Part shown: one piece after another, positions 1 through 12,633 of the stretch | Numbering within the stretch: position 1 is the first letter of the stretch | How the letters are laid out: each line of letters begins with the position of its first letter | NCBI RefSeq assembly: GCF_006345805.1 | Contig: NC_042999.1 | Coordinates: forward strand, 43,772,001 to 43,836,000 | Direction: 5' to 3' | DNA from: Octopus sinensis | Taxonomy: Eukaryota | Length of the DNA stretch: 64,000 nt | Translations under genes and position numbers: made by a program | The notes under the pieces: generated by a model | Told to the model about the DNA's origin: nothing | Seen by the model: the letters and a program-made list of their open reading frames with translations, nothing else | Database searches by the model: none

Positions 1-300
1 CGTTAAAAATGTCGTTAATGATAACACTGATAATAATGGTAATAGATGATAATCGACGGCGTTAATGGAAGGAAATTGGTAATGACAATAATAATAATAT
101 TTGCTCTAAGGGCTGAAAGAAAAGCAAAGTCAGGAACAAAATAACCAAAAAAAAAAAAAAGCCACAAAATGTAACATAATGGGTGGGGGTGTTACATGGG
201 TCGTGTAAAAATGTTAACAAAACAACAAATAACAAAATATCAGCAAACAAAATTCCGCATAGGGGTAACCAATGAACCCCACAAATAGAGAAGGGCCTCT

Positions 301-715
301 GGATCTTTTTGGTTTGAACGGCAGTTTTTAACATAATTTCTCGGTAACTAAAAAATTTTAAACTTCGTATACTGGTAGAATGTGTTTATAAAGCATCTTT
401 TTCTCTTGGCTTTATTGAGAAAATTCTATAGTTTGTAAGATATTTGTTGTTGTTTTTTTCTGCAATTTCAACCAATCAAATACGTCTATTGAGGTAAAAA
501 AAAAAACATTCTGTGCCGTATGAATATGTCCCTCGTTTAAGAAACAGATTGGGTTTATTTACATTTGCGAAGAAAACAAGATACCCTTCTCCCCACCCCT
601 AACACTAACCCTAAAAAAGATTGAAATGCAATAGATCGATACTAGGGTCATGATTATGGGTGACAATTTCATATGACACCGCTAGAAAAAACTGCCGTTC
701 AAACCGAAAAGATCC
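301..715. mobile_element. MITE, GGATC-terminal family (asymmetric form)
   Basis: TIRs GGATCTTTTTGGTTTGAACGGCAGTTTTT / AAAAACTGCCGTTCAAACCGAAAAGATCC; flanks GGGCCTCT and GGGCTCCT (6/8 TSD match); near-identical to 32569-33011. Confidence 0.85.
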
Positions 716-1329
716 GGGCTCCTCTCCATTTCGTTTTTATTCCATCGTAGAGTCGGATTTTTAATCCATGCTTTATGGATAATTTGCAGAAATCCCTGGC
801 TTGGCAGTGCTATCGTGGAGATAAACACTATAGTTATGATATGGTTGTTTTTATCCTGGCTGTTGTTGGATTTCTGTGTTTACTGGTTTTTCTCTTCTGT
901 GAGTGTTCTTCGTTGTTGCATTGGAATGTTTTCTTTTTACTCATGTTATTGAAAGTGTGTTTGTTTTGTAGATTTAGCGTTGTTTGGGATCGATACGGAG
1001 TTGGGGGCTGTTTTGTGTTTTGTTCCTTTTCTTTTTCCTTTCTATTTTTTTTTTTTTTCAGTTACTTTTTTTTCTTTTTGCTTTTCTTGCCCTCTCACCT
1101 TTTCATCACCAAAGTTATGGTCGGAAAACTCCGACTCGGATGGCGGTGAGGGCCAATTTTTCTTGCGTGCGTATGATTGTTGTGTTTATGCATGTAGGCG
1201 CACGGGCAGAAGGGGCAGAGAATGCCAGTACTGAATTCGGATATCCCCTGCATATCACTTGTTTTGTTATATTCATTATTTTTAACCTCCTTAGTTGTTA
1301 GTGCCAACGAATTTGATGTTGGTGTTGAT

Positions 1330-1848
1330 TCTTCTTCTTCTTCTTCTTCTTCTTCTTCTTCTTCTTCTTCTTCCAATCAGGACTCACGCCATTAGCCACA
1401 AAGAATAATCTCTAATTCGAGCCTACACTAAGCTACTAAGAATGCGTGTGGCAACTTGAAGATCCACCCACCACACGCGATAGGCTGGCTGGCGCGAAAG
1501 CTACGTTGTTATCCTCATTCCGTAAACGGTGGATTTTTTAAAAGGGTGAAGAGATGAATCATCTGGGGTACAGAGGTTTCGCAATCTAGACTAGGGTCTG
1601 AAAGTTTACCACACCATAGTGGGTTACACCATGGTTCCTCTGCTTTGTGGTAGAAGTAGGAAGAAAGAATGAGAGGAAGTTGTGGTGAAAGAGTACAGCG
1701 GGGTTCACCTACTCCCCCCCACCGGAGCCTCGTGGAGCTTAGGTGTTTTTGCCCAATAAACACTCACAATGCCCAGTCTGGGAATCGAAACCGCGAGTCT
1801 TATGACCGCGAGTCCGCTGCCTTAACCACTGGGCCATTGCGCCTCCAC
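1330..1848 (-). mobile_element. tRNA-derived SINE, group A head with tail type 1 and (AAG)n end
   Basis: Minus-strand head GTGGAGGCGCAATGGCCCAGTGGTTAAGGCAGCGGACTCGCGG...GGTTTCGATTCC with A- and B-box-like motifs; colinear with 34830-35280; (CTT)n at 1330-1373. Confidence 0.85.
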
Positions 1849-2911
1849 TGGTGTTGCTGCTGTTACAGGTTCCACAGTTTCTGCTGTAATTGTAGGTGAT
1901 ATCTTCGTTGCTGTTGTTGATGTTGGTACAGATGTTGGGTGCTATTGTTGCTCACGTATTCCTTGTTACTACTGTTGCTACTGCTGTTGTTGTTACACAC
2001 TGTTGGTGGTGGTGTTACAGAAACGATACCGTCATCAGTGAGGTCATTTCCCCTTTACTGTTTTGGCTGTGTGGGCAAGAAGTTCTGAGGTCATTTGTCT
2101 CACACACGTGACATCGCAGTGGTTTTTCCCTTCGCAATTACTCGCTGTTCCAACCCATTCAGCACGGGTATGAGGTATGTGATCCGTTCAAAATTATCAG
2201 GATTTACGTGGAGAAGAACCTCCTGTGTGATTTCAAAGCAGTTCTCCTGCGTCTTTCTCTTTACATCCAACAGAATATCACACCATTCCTATATAATGCA
2301 TGCTATTATCCGCCAGATGTCGATGGACCCACCGGAATCTCACGAGAAATAGATCACTGGTTGTTTACTATCCATCTTCCTAAATAAGTGGGAAAGAGAA
2401 CGAAGTTTTCGTTGTGGCTGTCGACCACTGAAAATTGTACTACGAACACTTCAGTCTTAAATAGGACTTCGATCCCACCAAACTGCCTTGCCTGAGATAT
2501 ATGTTCGATGTCCTGTCATATATTGCAGGGGTCCCTTTCTATTTGTGCGTTGGAAGCAGTCTGCAGGCGACGAGTTGTTAAACTTGCACAGCAATATAGA
2601 ACAGTCTTTGAAGCAGTCGCAACCAAAGTTCCAGGAGGTGGCACAAGCCCGGCCACTTTTCTTAAATCGAACGGCGTCCTGTGATTTCATTCGCTTATCT
2701 TCTAAGAGGAGATTGTACAGTTCCCTTCAGGACGCTACCTCTGAGAAGAAAGCCTTACTATTGTTGCTGTTGGCTTTGTTATCAGTTTGTGTTCTGCCAG
2801 TGTTATTGCTTTGGCCGTAGCTGTCGTATTTTGCTTTTGCTGCTGTTGATACAGCTGCAGCTGCTGTTATTTTTGTCGTCATTGCTACATGCATGCATAC
2901 ATACATACATA

Positions 2912-3080
2912 GGGGGAGAGTTCGCGAAAAAAAAACAAAAGACAAAGACAGGTAGTGTACAAAACAAACAGATGTATTAGTATAACGCTCAGGAATTGAA
3001 AATGTCTTTTACGTTTCGAGCCTATGCTCTTCTACAGAAAGGGAATCAGAAAAAAACAAGGAGACAAAAAAAATGTGTGT
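2912..3080 (-). mobile_element. Penelope-like element terminus (pseudo-LTR fragment)
   Basis: Minus strand CTGTAGAAGAGCATAGGCTCGAAACGTAAAAGAC...CCTGAGCGTTATACTAATACATCTG, shared with 5813-5930 and 28680-29135; abuts a microsatellite. PLE assignment is inferred from the CTG..GA...GAAACGT terminal motif. Confidence 0.6.
3006..3041 (-). ncRNA. Minimal type I hammerhead-like motif, CUGUAGA core variant
   Basis: CUUU-CUGUAGA-A-GAGC auag GCUC-GAAACGUA-AAAG; stems I and II pair. Confidence 0.45.
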
Positions 3081-3496
3081 AATGGCTACCGGTCTATCAT
3101 GGCGACTGCCGGACAGAAGGGTTACACAAGAGAGCGAAGAAGTAGGGGAGATAACAAAATAAAGGTGACCCCTAACACGAATGTGTACAGACATACATAC
3201 ATACTTACATACATACATGCACACACATGCATGAGCATCTCTTTTACGAAGTATCTTGGATGCAAATATTACTATAAATAAAAAAATGACTCATACTACA
3301 TTGAGTAAAAAGAAACTCTTGGCAGTAATCATGGGACCCGAATCATGCATCTATTTCAAACCAAATAACCATAACACTATTACACCAGAACAGCTCTCCG
3401 TCTTTCAACCGCCAAAATTAGATGCTTTAATTAAAAAGTAAGATGTTTGTTTGGCAAGCAAAGAAATTGTTGTTGTTGTTGCCATCGTCGTCGAAT

Positions 3497-3705
3497 GCGG
3501 TGAGCTGGTTGAATCGTTATCACAGCGGGCAAAATGCTTAGCGGCATTTCATCCGTCTTAACGGTCTGAGTTCAAATTCCGCCGAGGTCGACTTTACCCT
3601 TCATCTTTCGGGGTCAATGAAATGAGTACTACTTGATCACTGGCGATAATGTAATCGAGTAGCCTCTTTTCCCCCAAGATCTCAGACGTTGCGTCTATAA
3701 CAGAA
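3497..3705 (+). mobile_element. SINE group D (short-tail form)
   Basis: GCGGTGAGCTGG head, GAGTTCAAATTCC B-box-like motif, GAGGTCGACTTT..CTTTCATC body. Confidence 0.8.
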
Positions 3706-4394
3706 TTAATTATTATTGATTCTTTTTCATAAAATGAATCCCTGATACAGATTTAGCTCCTGCATAGAACCTCCATTTTTATTTGATCGAAGTTAAATAC
3801 TTACAGCACGAACGCCATGGCCTTCTACTTAACTTCCTACATCGATCCTAGTACTTGACAAATTGGGCAAAAGTCATCTCCATCATCATCATCATCATTA
3901 TCATCATCACCGTCATCGTCGTCATCATTATATCTTTTATTATTTTTAAGCAAACGGTATCAAAAATGTGCTGGTTCAAGATAATTTGGCGTGAATCTGG
4001 CATCTCCATTACATTAAATTAGTAAGTAATCTCAAGAAAAACACGTTGACCTTTGTATAAGAATTCATAGAATGAGGTGTAATTCGTTTAGGCCTTTAAG
4101 TCTTATCTCTTCTATTTTTATATCGAGTATATAAACAAACCAAGACTGTGAATTCTATTAAATAGAGTAGATTTACGTCTCTCAGGCGCAAGAGGCTTTC
4201 TTCGCAACCATGTTTCTAGCTTCACGTTCACTTCGCGGCATCTTGGGCGACTTCTGTTATAGCCTGAGCTTAACCAGTATCTAGTGAGGAGAATGTGGTA
4301 GATGGGAATTATCCAGAAACCTGTCCTATGTAGAACTAACAACACTTACTAGACCACATGGTTTGATACTAATAGAAATTTGCAAAACATGTAC

Positions 4395-4765
4395 AGGCAC
4401 AGACGTAGCTGTGTGGTTAGAAGTTGCTTCCCAACTATATGGTTCCGAGTTCAGTTCCACTGCGTGGCAACTCGGGCAAATATCTTCTATTATAGCCTTG
4501 GGCTGATCAAAGACTTGTGAGTGGATTTGGTAGACGGAAACTGAAAGAAGATCATTGTATGTATGTGTGTGTGTATTTTGTCTGAGTTTTTGACAACCGG
4601 TGTTGGTGTGTTTACGTCTCTGTAACTTAGTGATTCAACAAAAGAGACCGATAGAATAAGTACCAGGCTTAACAAAAGAAATAAGTACTGGAGTACTTAT
4701 TTCTTTTAGTCATTCGACTAAAGGCAGTGGCTGCAGTCTAATGATTGAAACAAGTAAAAGATAAA
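4395..4765 (+). mobile_element. SINE group B (internal microsatellite type)
   Basis: GCTGTGTGG head, GAGTTCAGTTCCACTGCGTGGCA, GACGGAAACTGAAAGAAG, internal (TG)n, tail GACTGAAACAAGTAAAAG-like. Confidence 0.85.
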
Positions 4766-5150
4766 GAGTTTTAAAAAATTAAAAGTTTGGTTTCTGGATA
4801 AAGTATTTCAAATACTGGGACAGCACCGACTTTCCGGACATTGATGGTCCAGACCGTATATAACCTGCACTAATTTACTAGCAGGAACATCATATTCCTT
4901 CAGCCACCAGACTTGTGCTTTACACAGATTAGTACCTTGCATAGAACAGTATTAATACACTTGTATCATTTACACTAATGCGCAAGTGCCCGTGTTGCGT
5001 ATATATCTATATATGTATACATATCTATATATGTATCTATCTATCTATATATGTATGCATATATATATATATTTGTATGTATATATCTATATATATCTAT
5101 ATCTATATCTTTATATATATATATATATATATATCTTATATATATATATA

Positions 5151-5330
5151 TATAATATTAATTAGAGACAAAACCACTATTTTGCAAAACAAACAAGGAA
5201 AGACTTAATCAATACATAAAATTTTAATAAAAAGTACTTTTTTTTACTTTTTATTAAAATTTTATGTATTGATTAAGTCTTTCCTTGTTTGTTTTGCAAA
5301 ATAGTGGTTTTGTCTCTAATTAATATTATA
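5151..5330. repeat. Perfect inverted repeat, arms about 86 bp, 8-nt spacer
   Basis: 5151-5236 is the reverse complement of 5245-5330. Confidence 0.9.
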
Positions 5331-5408
5331 TAATATTTTACTATAAAATTGGATTTAATCCTAAATCTGATTTTTTCCCTGTAAATTTGGATTTATTCCC
5401 TAATATTT

Positions 5409-5812
<404 letters not shown>

Positions 5813-5816
<4 letters not shown>

Positions 5817-5928
5817 CTCGAAACGTAAAAGACTTGTTTTATTTCTATTCCTGAGCGCCATACTAATACAATTGTTTGTTTGTACTCCACCTGCCTTCGT
5901 CTTTTGTTTATTTTCGTAAAGCTTCCCG

Positions 5929-5930
<2 letters not shown>
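5813..5930 (+). mobile_element. 5'-truncated Penelope-like terminus within (TA)n
   Basis: AGGCTCGAAACGTAAAAGAC...CCTGAGCGCCATACTAATAC, homologous to 2912-3080 and 29020-29135. Confidence 0.6.
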
Positions 5931-5988
<58 letters not shown>

Positions 5989-6755
5989 ATATGTTAAAAA
6001 ATACAAACTGGGACACGAACGCAAAACATTTAGAAGATGATACAAAAAACACGGACGGGACATTCGAAGCCTTCAATCTTCAGTCAAGAACCGGATCATC
6101 CTCGCAATTTCGGGTGATTAATCTTGAGATTGCTCCGACCTGGCCAGCTCCAAAGGAAAATTTAAGCCAAGCGCATTAGATTCCTTGGAAGAAAGCCTCG
6201 AATGTATACAAAACAAGGACGGGAACGAATAAGAATACAAAAATACGTAAAAATTATAATGATAACGCGAATAAGAATACGAAAATACGTAAAAACTATA
6301 ATGATAATAATAATACAGGTTGTTTGTAAAGTAACGCAACACACTAGAGCATTAAGGAATATATATATTTGGACACAGTGAATGCTGATATTTACTCACA
6401 TATAATTAGAATACAATCAGTGAAGTAAACGAAGAATCATAATTCATCGCACAATAGTTTTTCACGATATTAACACGTTCTTGTAAAGTGAAAGCAAAAC
6501 CGACTGATTGAACGCAACAAATAGAATTTTGAATTCAACGCAACAAAATGGATTTTGAAAATTCAAAAGTCTAATAATGAGCTCGCCACTAAATACAGAT
6601 AAATTTAAACGGAGTTCCGAGCGTGATATACTTTCTTAATTTCTTCCTCTCCCATTGATCTCCCATCGATCTTTGAGTTAATGATCAAAAGACTTTAATG
6701 CTAATATGTTGCGTTACTTTACAAACACTCTGTATATATAACTCCCCATCTTTGC

Positions 6756-6792
<37 letters not shown>

Positions 6793-7297
6793 TATCTCTC
6801 CAGCTTTTTCTGTTTAAGGGATTTTTTAATCTAATATTTACGCACTATAATTTATAGTTTTGTGTGCTTCGAGATCCACAATTCCAAAAACGAATTATTT
6901 TACGTTCAACAATACATAAGAGAAACTAATATACATTGTTTGTTGTTCACTCATCTGTGTCTTTTGTTCTTTGCACAATTTTCAATCATATGTATGTATG
7001 TATGCATTCGAAGTTCATCGCATGTCATCTAACAACCTGCTGTGTGTCACTGCTGACTCATATAGCTGCTCCACATCACTGACCTTACGTGAGAGAGTAA
7101 CGGGATAGGTACGTGTGTGTACGCACGCGCGAATGCTTTTGTGTGTGAGTGTGTGTCTGCATTCATTGGTTTTTGTGGAACGGGAGGAAAATTACTCGGT
7201 TAAAAAAATAATAAGGTAATAGTTTATTCTGGCTAATTCAGGGGTCTAATACTCTGAAATTTACGTGTGTGTGTGTACACGTGTGCGTGTATGTTTG

Positions 7298-7339
<42 letters not shown>

Positions 7340-9483
7340 TGTGTATATGCATGTATATATATATATGAATGTGTATGTGTGTATGCATGTATATATATGA
7401 ATGTGTGTGTGTATGCATGTATATATATATAATTATGAATGTGTGTGTGTGTGTAAACTAACCGGAAACTCTTCGGGACGCTTCCGTAGATTGTAAATGA
7501 CAGGTGTTTTGTTTTGTACCTTTTTTCCTCCTTCTAAATTGAACTGACAGGCACCCCGTCTCGTGACAATTCTCAATAACTGGTTTGTTTTGTAAGACCT
7601 TACATTTACAGGATGAAGGAACAGGAAGTTGTTGTTTTGGTAATTATGTTTTCGAAACTACATTGTTTCCTATAATTAAAACCAGGTTGCTAAATTTGCC
7701 CCGTGAGGATATTTCACAATATTAGGGATCTCCCATTAGTCAATATGATACATAAAACATATTTAGATTAAGAAGCGATGTAGCAAATTTCGTTTCGTTT
7801 CATGAATATTTTCTTGTTTTCGAAGTACGACCTCTTGATTGAAATGACAGAGCGCCGGACTGAATGTCAGTTCTTATATGTATTGCAATTCTGAATTTAA
7901 ATATTGCTAAGTTAGCGTTTATGAGATCCTGAATGGGGGAAGTCGAGAACAGTATTTATTACCGGGTGAAACACCACGAGCCTGTTGAGATTTATATGGT
8001 TCATATTTTATTTGAAGATCTTTTGATCGGTATTAGTGGGTAGAGAAGTGAGGGAATTATTCCAGAGGTAGCAAAGAAGATCTGGGAACTATGACATATA
8101 AGGTGATGTCAAGATAGAGGGAGATGAGTGAGTGACGCGTGAGTTTAGGTCAGAAACGGTCGAAGCGATATAGACGCAGAAATTTCAACCAGGGATTGAA
8201 ACCTTAGTCTCAATTTTTCTGCAAGCTACTTTCCATTGTTCTCTGCATCGGCATTCAGAATTTGTGAGTGTCGTCTATCAGATTTCTCATCATCTTAGAG
8301 CAAATTCCGTTGAACCCAGATGAACTTAGATGAACCCTTCCACTTTTTTTGTATTTGACCAGTTAGACTTTGGGATAAGTATAAATGCCAAACACCTAAC
8401 TGAACTTCCCTTTCTTTCCTTAGTCATGTCAGAGGCAACGTCCATCTTATCCTCTCTTTTACTTGGTGGCTATCTCAGAGATAGCTCTTTTCTTTGTCTG
8501 TTTCCTCTTGGCATCAATGGCATCGTACGAGCCTTACTTACCATCTTCCTTATTTCACTTAATAGTAGGCCTTTCGACAACTACAATGAGAAGTGCCGCC
8601 CTATTAACAGAACTTTATGTATTTACGCCAACTTGCAAGTTCTGAATATAATCGTATCGGCTAAATAAAGCCATGTTGGCTTAAAACTATTTCTTACGTC
8701 AAATTATTCCAAGAATCCTGAATTTACCAACGTTCAGCCTTTCTTCAAATGCAGCCCTACAACAACTATTACATTTGATGAGAACTTGACGCTTCTAACC
8801 TGCTCGTTATAACTGGTGACTTATTCAACGTAAATTACCAAATACCAAAAAACTACCAATCTAACAATTACAAGAAGACTTGTTTTAGCTGGGTCTGTCG
8901 AAATTTTTAATTTCTTTTTGTTTTTAATAGACACATTGTTGGAACATCCCTTGCATGTATTCATATATTTTAGTTCCAAATAAATATTTATAGATAAGTC
9001 TTATATAACATGATATGGCAAGGAGAATTTTTTCTAAGTTTATCTCATGTCATCAGAAAACCTTTGGTATGTCACAGCTGACATATCCTAGGTGCACCAC
9101 CGGTTTAGTGGGAGAGCGTAACGAACTAGTTCACAGATGTAGTTCTATATACTGCAGTAGATTCTATTGGTTACATCCATCCACAGCATGAAGAGATCAC
9201 GAGCGAGTGAGGGAGCCTGTATGTGGTTATTCCATCTGCTAGAAATCGCATCCAAATTTCCTTCAAAATGCCCTCCATCATTTAAAAACTAAACACCAGT
9301 TTCACAAATCTCACTAACCTTTTTTTGTTACTTAGTTTGTGAGATTCGGATAGGTGCGTACTGGGTGTGATATAACTAACTTATTGCTAACGTCGCCTTC
9401 TTTGATAACTTTTTGGTAAATAAATATGCTGGTTGTCTTTATTTTTTTGTGTGTATTCACTGTACTGTATTGAACAAAATGGT

Positions 9484-9551
9484 TATGCGGCCCGCGCTCG
9501 TCATTGTCTCAGTTATCTGACCCACTGTGAAAAAAGTTTGGTGACCCCTGG
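9484..9551 (+). mobile_element. hAT-type terminal fragment
   Basis: TGCGGCCC...AAAAAGTTTGGTGACCCCTG resembles the common hAT MITE end; no partner end identified. Confidence 0.4.
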
Positions 9552-10024
9552 TTTAGCTGATCACTGGCACTCGAAAGCAACTATGAATTGGGTACCTATC
9601 TGACGCTAAACGTTAAAAAGTGCAGACAGAAGATAAGTGGGCGGCGGACATTTCAAAATGACTGGAAGACAGCCGACATTACGTAGAATAGATGTTTAAG
9701 TGAAGCAGCCGACCGAATCCGGTTGAGGAAGCTTACTACACTCAATGCACTGAGTAGCGAAGATGAGCCGAAAGCCAGAGAAACAAAAAAAGTAAACGTG
9801 GTCTGGAGCTACAGTTTACACGTTTTAATACAGAGGCTGTGAGGATTGAAAAGTTGTGAATGAATTGCCATATATGATAAACATTAACATGAATTTGCTT
9901 TTTTAGGTATTTGTCCAACATCACGGCGCAGAAACAAATTATATGGACGCAATTTCTATCTTCTTCCTTTCATTAATAAGAGGAAGCGTGCCAAATTTTT
10001 TTTTTTTACTAATATACGCGTATT

Positions 10025-10345
10025 ATTGTGTGGTAAGAAGTTTGCTTGCCAACAATATGGTTTCGGGTTCAGTCCCACTGCATGGCACCTTGCGCGGGTC
10101 TCTTCTCTTATAGCTTCTGGCCGACCAGGGCTTTGTGAGTGGAGTTGGTAAGCGGAAACTGAAAGAAGCCCGTCATATATATGTGTGTGTGTGTCGCCCA
10201 CCGCTTGTCAACTGATGTTAGTTTGTTTACGTTTCTGTAACTTAGGGGTTCAACAAAAGAAACCGATAGCATAAGTACCAATTTAAAAATTTTTTTTAAT
10301 AGATACTAGGATCGATTTGTTTGACTAAAACTCCTTCAGCGTGGC
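10025..10345 (+). mobile_element. SINE group B, diverged
   Basis: TGTGTGGTAAGAAGTTTGCTT...GGTTCAGTCCCACTGCATGGCACC...GAAACTGAAAGAAGCCCGTC. Confidence 0.8.
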
Positions 10346-10456
10346 CGCAATCCAACGGCGGAAACAAGATAATATTTTGTGGTTGTCTTATAATTGTCAG
10401 TTTATGAACTACTCTTGTGATGGATTTCGTAAATACAATTTCTTTGCTACCACACA

Positions 10457-10492
<36 letters not shown>

Positions 10493-10495
<3 letters not shown>

Positions 10496-11021
10496 ATGCT
10501 CTAAGTCTCAAATATCTTCATGCCGTAAATTTGCTCGCGTTTTGCCTGTTTGGTTGTGTGTAGGCGAGAGAATTACTTCTGTACCTACAGCAAATGCCTC
10601 ACAAACTATAGAGTTGTAAAAAAGACCTCTTTTCAAATGCACACACCACCCATGTGTATGTGTGTGTGTGTGTGTGTGTGCGAGGTTGTGAAGTGAGTGT
10701 ATGCATGTACGCATACATACATACATACATACATACACACATAAATACACACACCACACACACACACCACACACACACACACCATGCTCTAAGTCTCAAA
10801 TATCTTCATGCCGTAAATTTGCTCGCGTTTTGGCCTGTTTGGTTGTGTGTAGGCGAGAGAATTACTTCTGTACCTACAGCAAATGCCTCACAAACTATAG
10901 AGTTGTAAAAAAGACCTCTTTTCAAATGCACACACCACCCATGTGTATGTGTGTGTGTGTGTGTGCGAGGTTGTGAAGTGAGTGTATGCATGTACGCATA
11001 CATACATACATACACACATAA

Positions 11022-11053
<32 letters not shown>
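10493..11053. repeat. Near-identical tandem duplication, 288-bp unit
   Basis: ACCATGCTCTAAGTCTC starts at 10493 and 10781; units are bounded by (CA)n. Confidence 0.95.
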
Positions 11054-11056
<3 letters not shown>

Positions 11057-11240
11057 GTAGGTGTACCAACATGGCTGCAGTCCAGTGACTGAAACAAGTA
11101 AATGAATAGAAGTGTGTGTGTGTGTGTGTGTGTGTGCACATGCGCGCGCGTGCATGTATGTTGCGATGGAGGCAACACAGGCGAAGTCTAAAAGAACATA
11201 ATTGAAATACGCATCCAAAACTTATATAAATATATATATA

Positions 11241-11300
<60 letters not shown>

Positions 11301-11420
11301 CTAAGCAATAAGGGTTCAGCAACGAATTGCCTTACCACATACCGAATTTAGAAATAGCAGTCAAAGGGTTATAGCTATTTCTTCTACTAAAAAGGGAGAT
11401 CTCAGTAAAAACAGCAATAT

Positions 11421-11452
<32 letters not shown>

Positions 11453-11611
11453 ATATATATATATATATGTATATAATATACATACGTATAGATAGATAGA
11501 TAGAGAGATAGATAAATAAATGGATAGACAGATTAAATGGATGGATGGATGGATAGATAGATAGATAGATGGATAGATAGATTGATAAATGGATAGATAG
11601 ATTGATAAATG

Positions 11612-11648
<37 letters not shown>

Positions 11649-12089
11649 TTAATTGTGTGTGAGGCTGGCAAGGTTGTTGCCTAGCTGAACATCTTGAACA
11701 TCTATTTATAAAAAGTAATTTGCAAGTATGACGTAAGCCTAGTCTGACTTTCTTGATACAGGTGTTTTAGTTTTTTAGCATTTCGTGCATTTTTTCGATT
11801 CAGCAAGAAAGTAAATGATGAACTAAAGTTTCAGTGACATTGCCAGCAATTACAGCAGCAGGAATACAGTAAAAAAAAACAATGAAGGTACTGTTATGTG
11901 TTTGCTCGACGTGCTAGTTATAGCAGCTAAATCACACTCTGCTGTCTTGAAGGGAGAAAGACACTTTAGATTAGAGGTTTTCAACCATTTTTTTTTTTTT
12001 TTTGCCTATCGCCCCCTTTGAAGGAGTGAAAAAGCCGATAAACAGCGTTTGAGTATAAGTGTGTGTAAAAGAGAAGTACGTTTGCGTGC

Positions 12090-12120
<31 letters not shown>

Positions 12121-12394
12121 CGTGCGTGCGTGTGTGTGTGTGCGTGCGTGTGTGTGTATGCGTGTCTCGTTATTCTAACAGGGAAATCAGATCCGATACT
12201 GTTTTTAAATTCATTTTCAATTGTTTCTCCGTAATATGGGGGATCAATTAACACCGGCAGTAAGAACAGACATTAATTGTATCTTCTTTAGGAAATCATG
12301 AGCAGGTTGATCTGTGTTTATTCGAAAATTTTAATGAACTATGCAACTGCTATTATCTAAGATATATATTTTGCAGATTTTGGATTCGGCTTAA

Positions 12395-12633
12395 CCCCCT
12401 GACATCGCTAATACGCTTTTTCAGGCGCTATTTCGTTTGACTATGGAAGACGCAAAAGCGGGTGACCACATAGTTTTTGTGTTTACGGCTCGCTAATTGG
12501 CAGACGCATTTTAATTTTCAGCTGCAAACATATATGCGAAGTTGTTGCTCGCATTTGCGCCTTCCAAGGGCATACTGAAACGAAATGGCAGTCGCAAAAA
12601 AAAAAAAAAAAACCTACACGCGGCTTCAAAGGG
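12395..12633. mobile_element. piggyBac-like MITE
   Basis: TTAA|CCCCCTGACATCGC ... GCGGCTTCAAAGGG|TTAA; TTAA TSD, CCC/GGG ends, 9/14 TIR match. Confidence 0.6.

Noticed and set aside
6061-6090. Minus-strand CUGAAGA...GAAUGUC resembling a hammerhead
   Set aside because: GAAA is replaced by GAAU and there is no stem I pairing after the putative cleavage site.
7613-7639. MKEQEVVVL followed by a GT donor, reminiscent of a Ras/Rap N-terminus (MREYKVVVL)
   Set aside because: Only nine codons, key residues differ, and I found no GxGGVGKS exon anywhere in the window.
7780-8700. Non-repetitive stretch that may be a decayed retroelement ORF on the minus strand
   Set aside because: No diagnostic RT, endonuclease or gag motif could be read in any frame.
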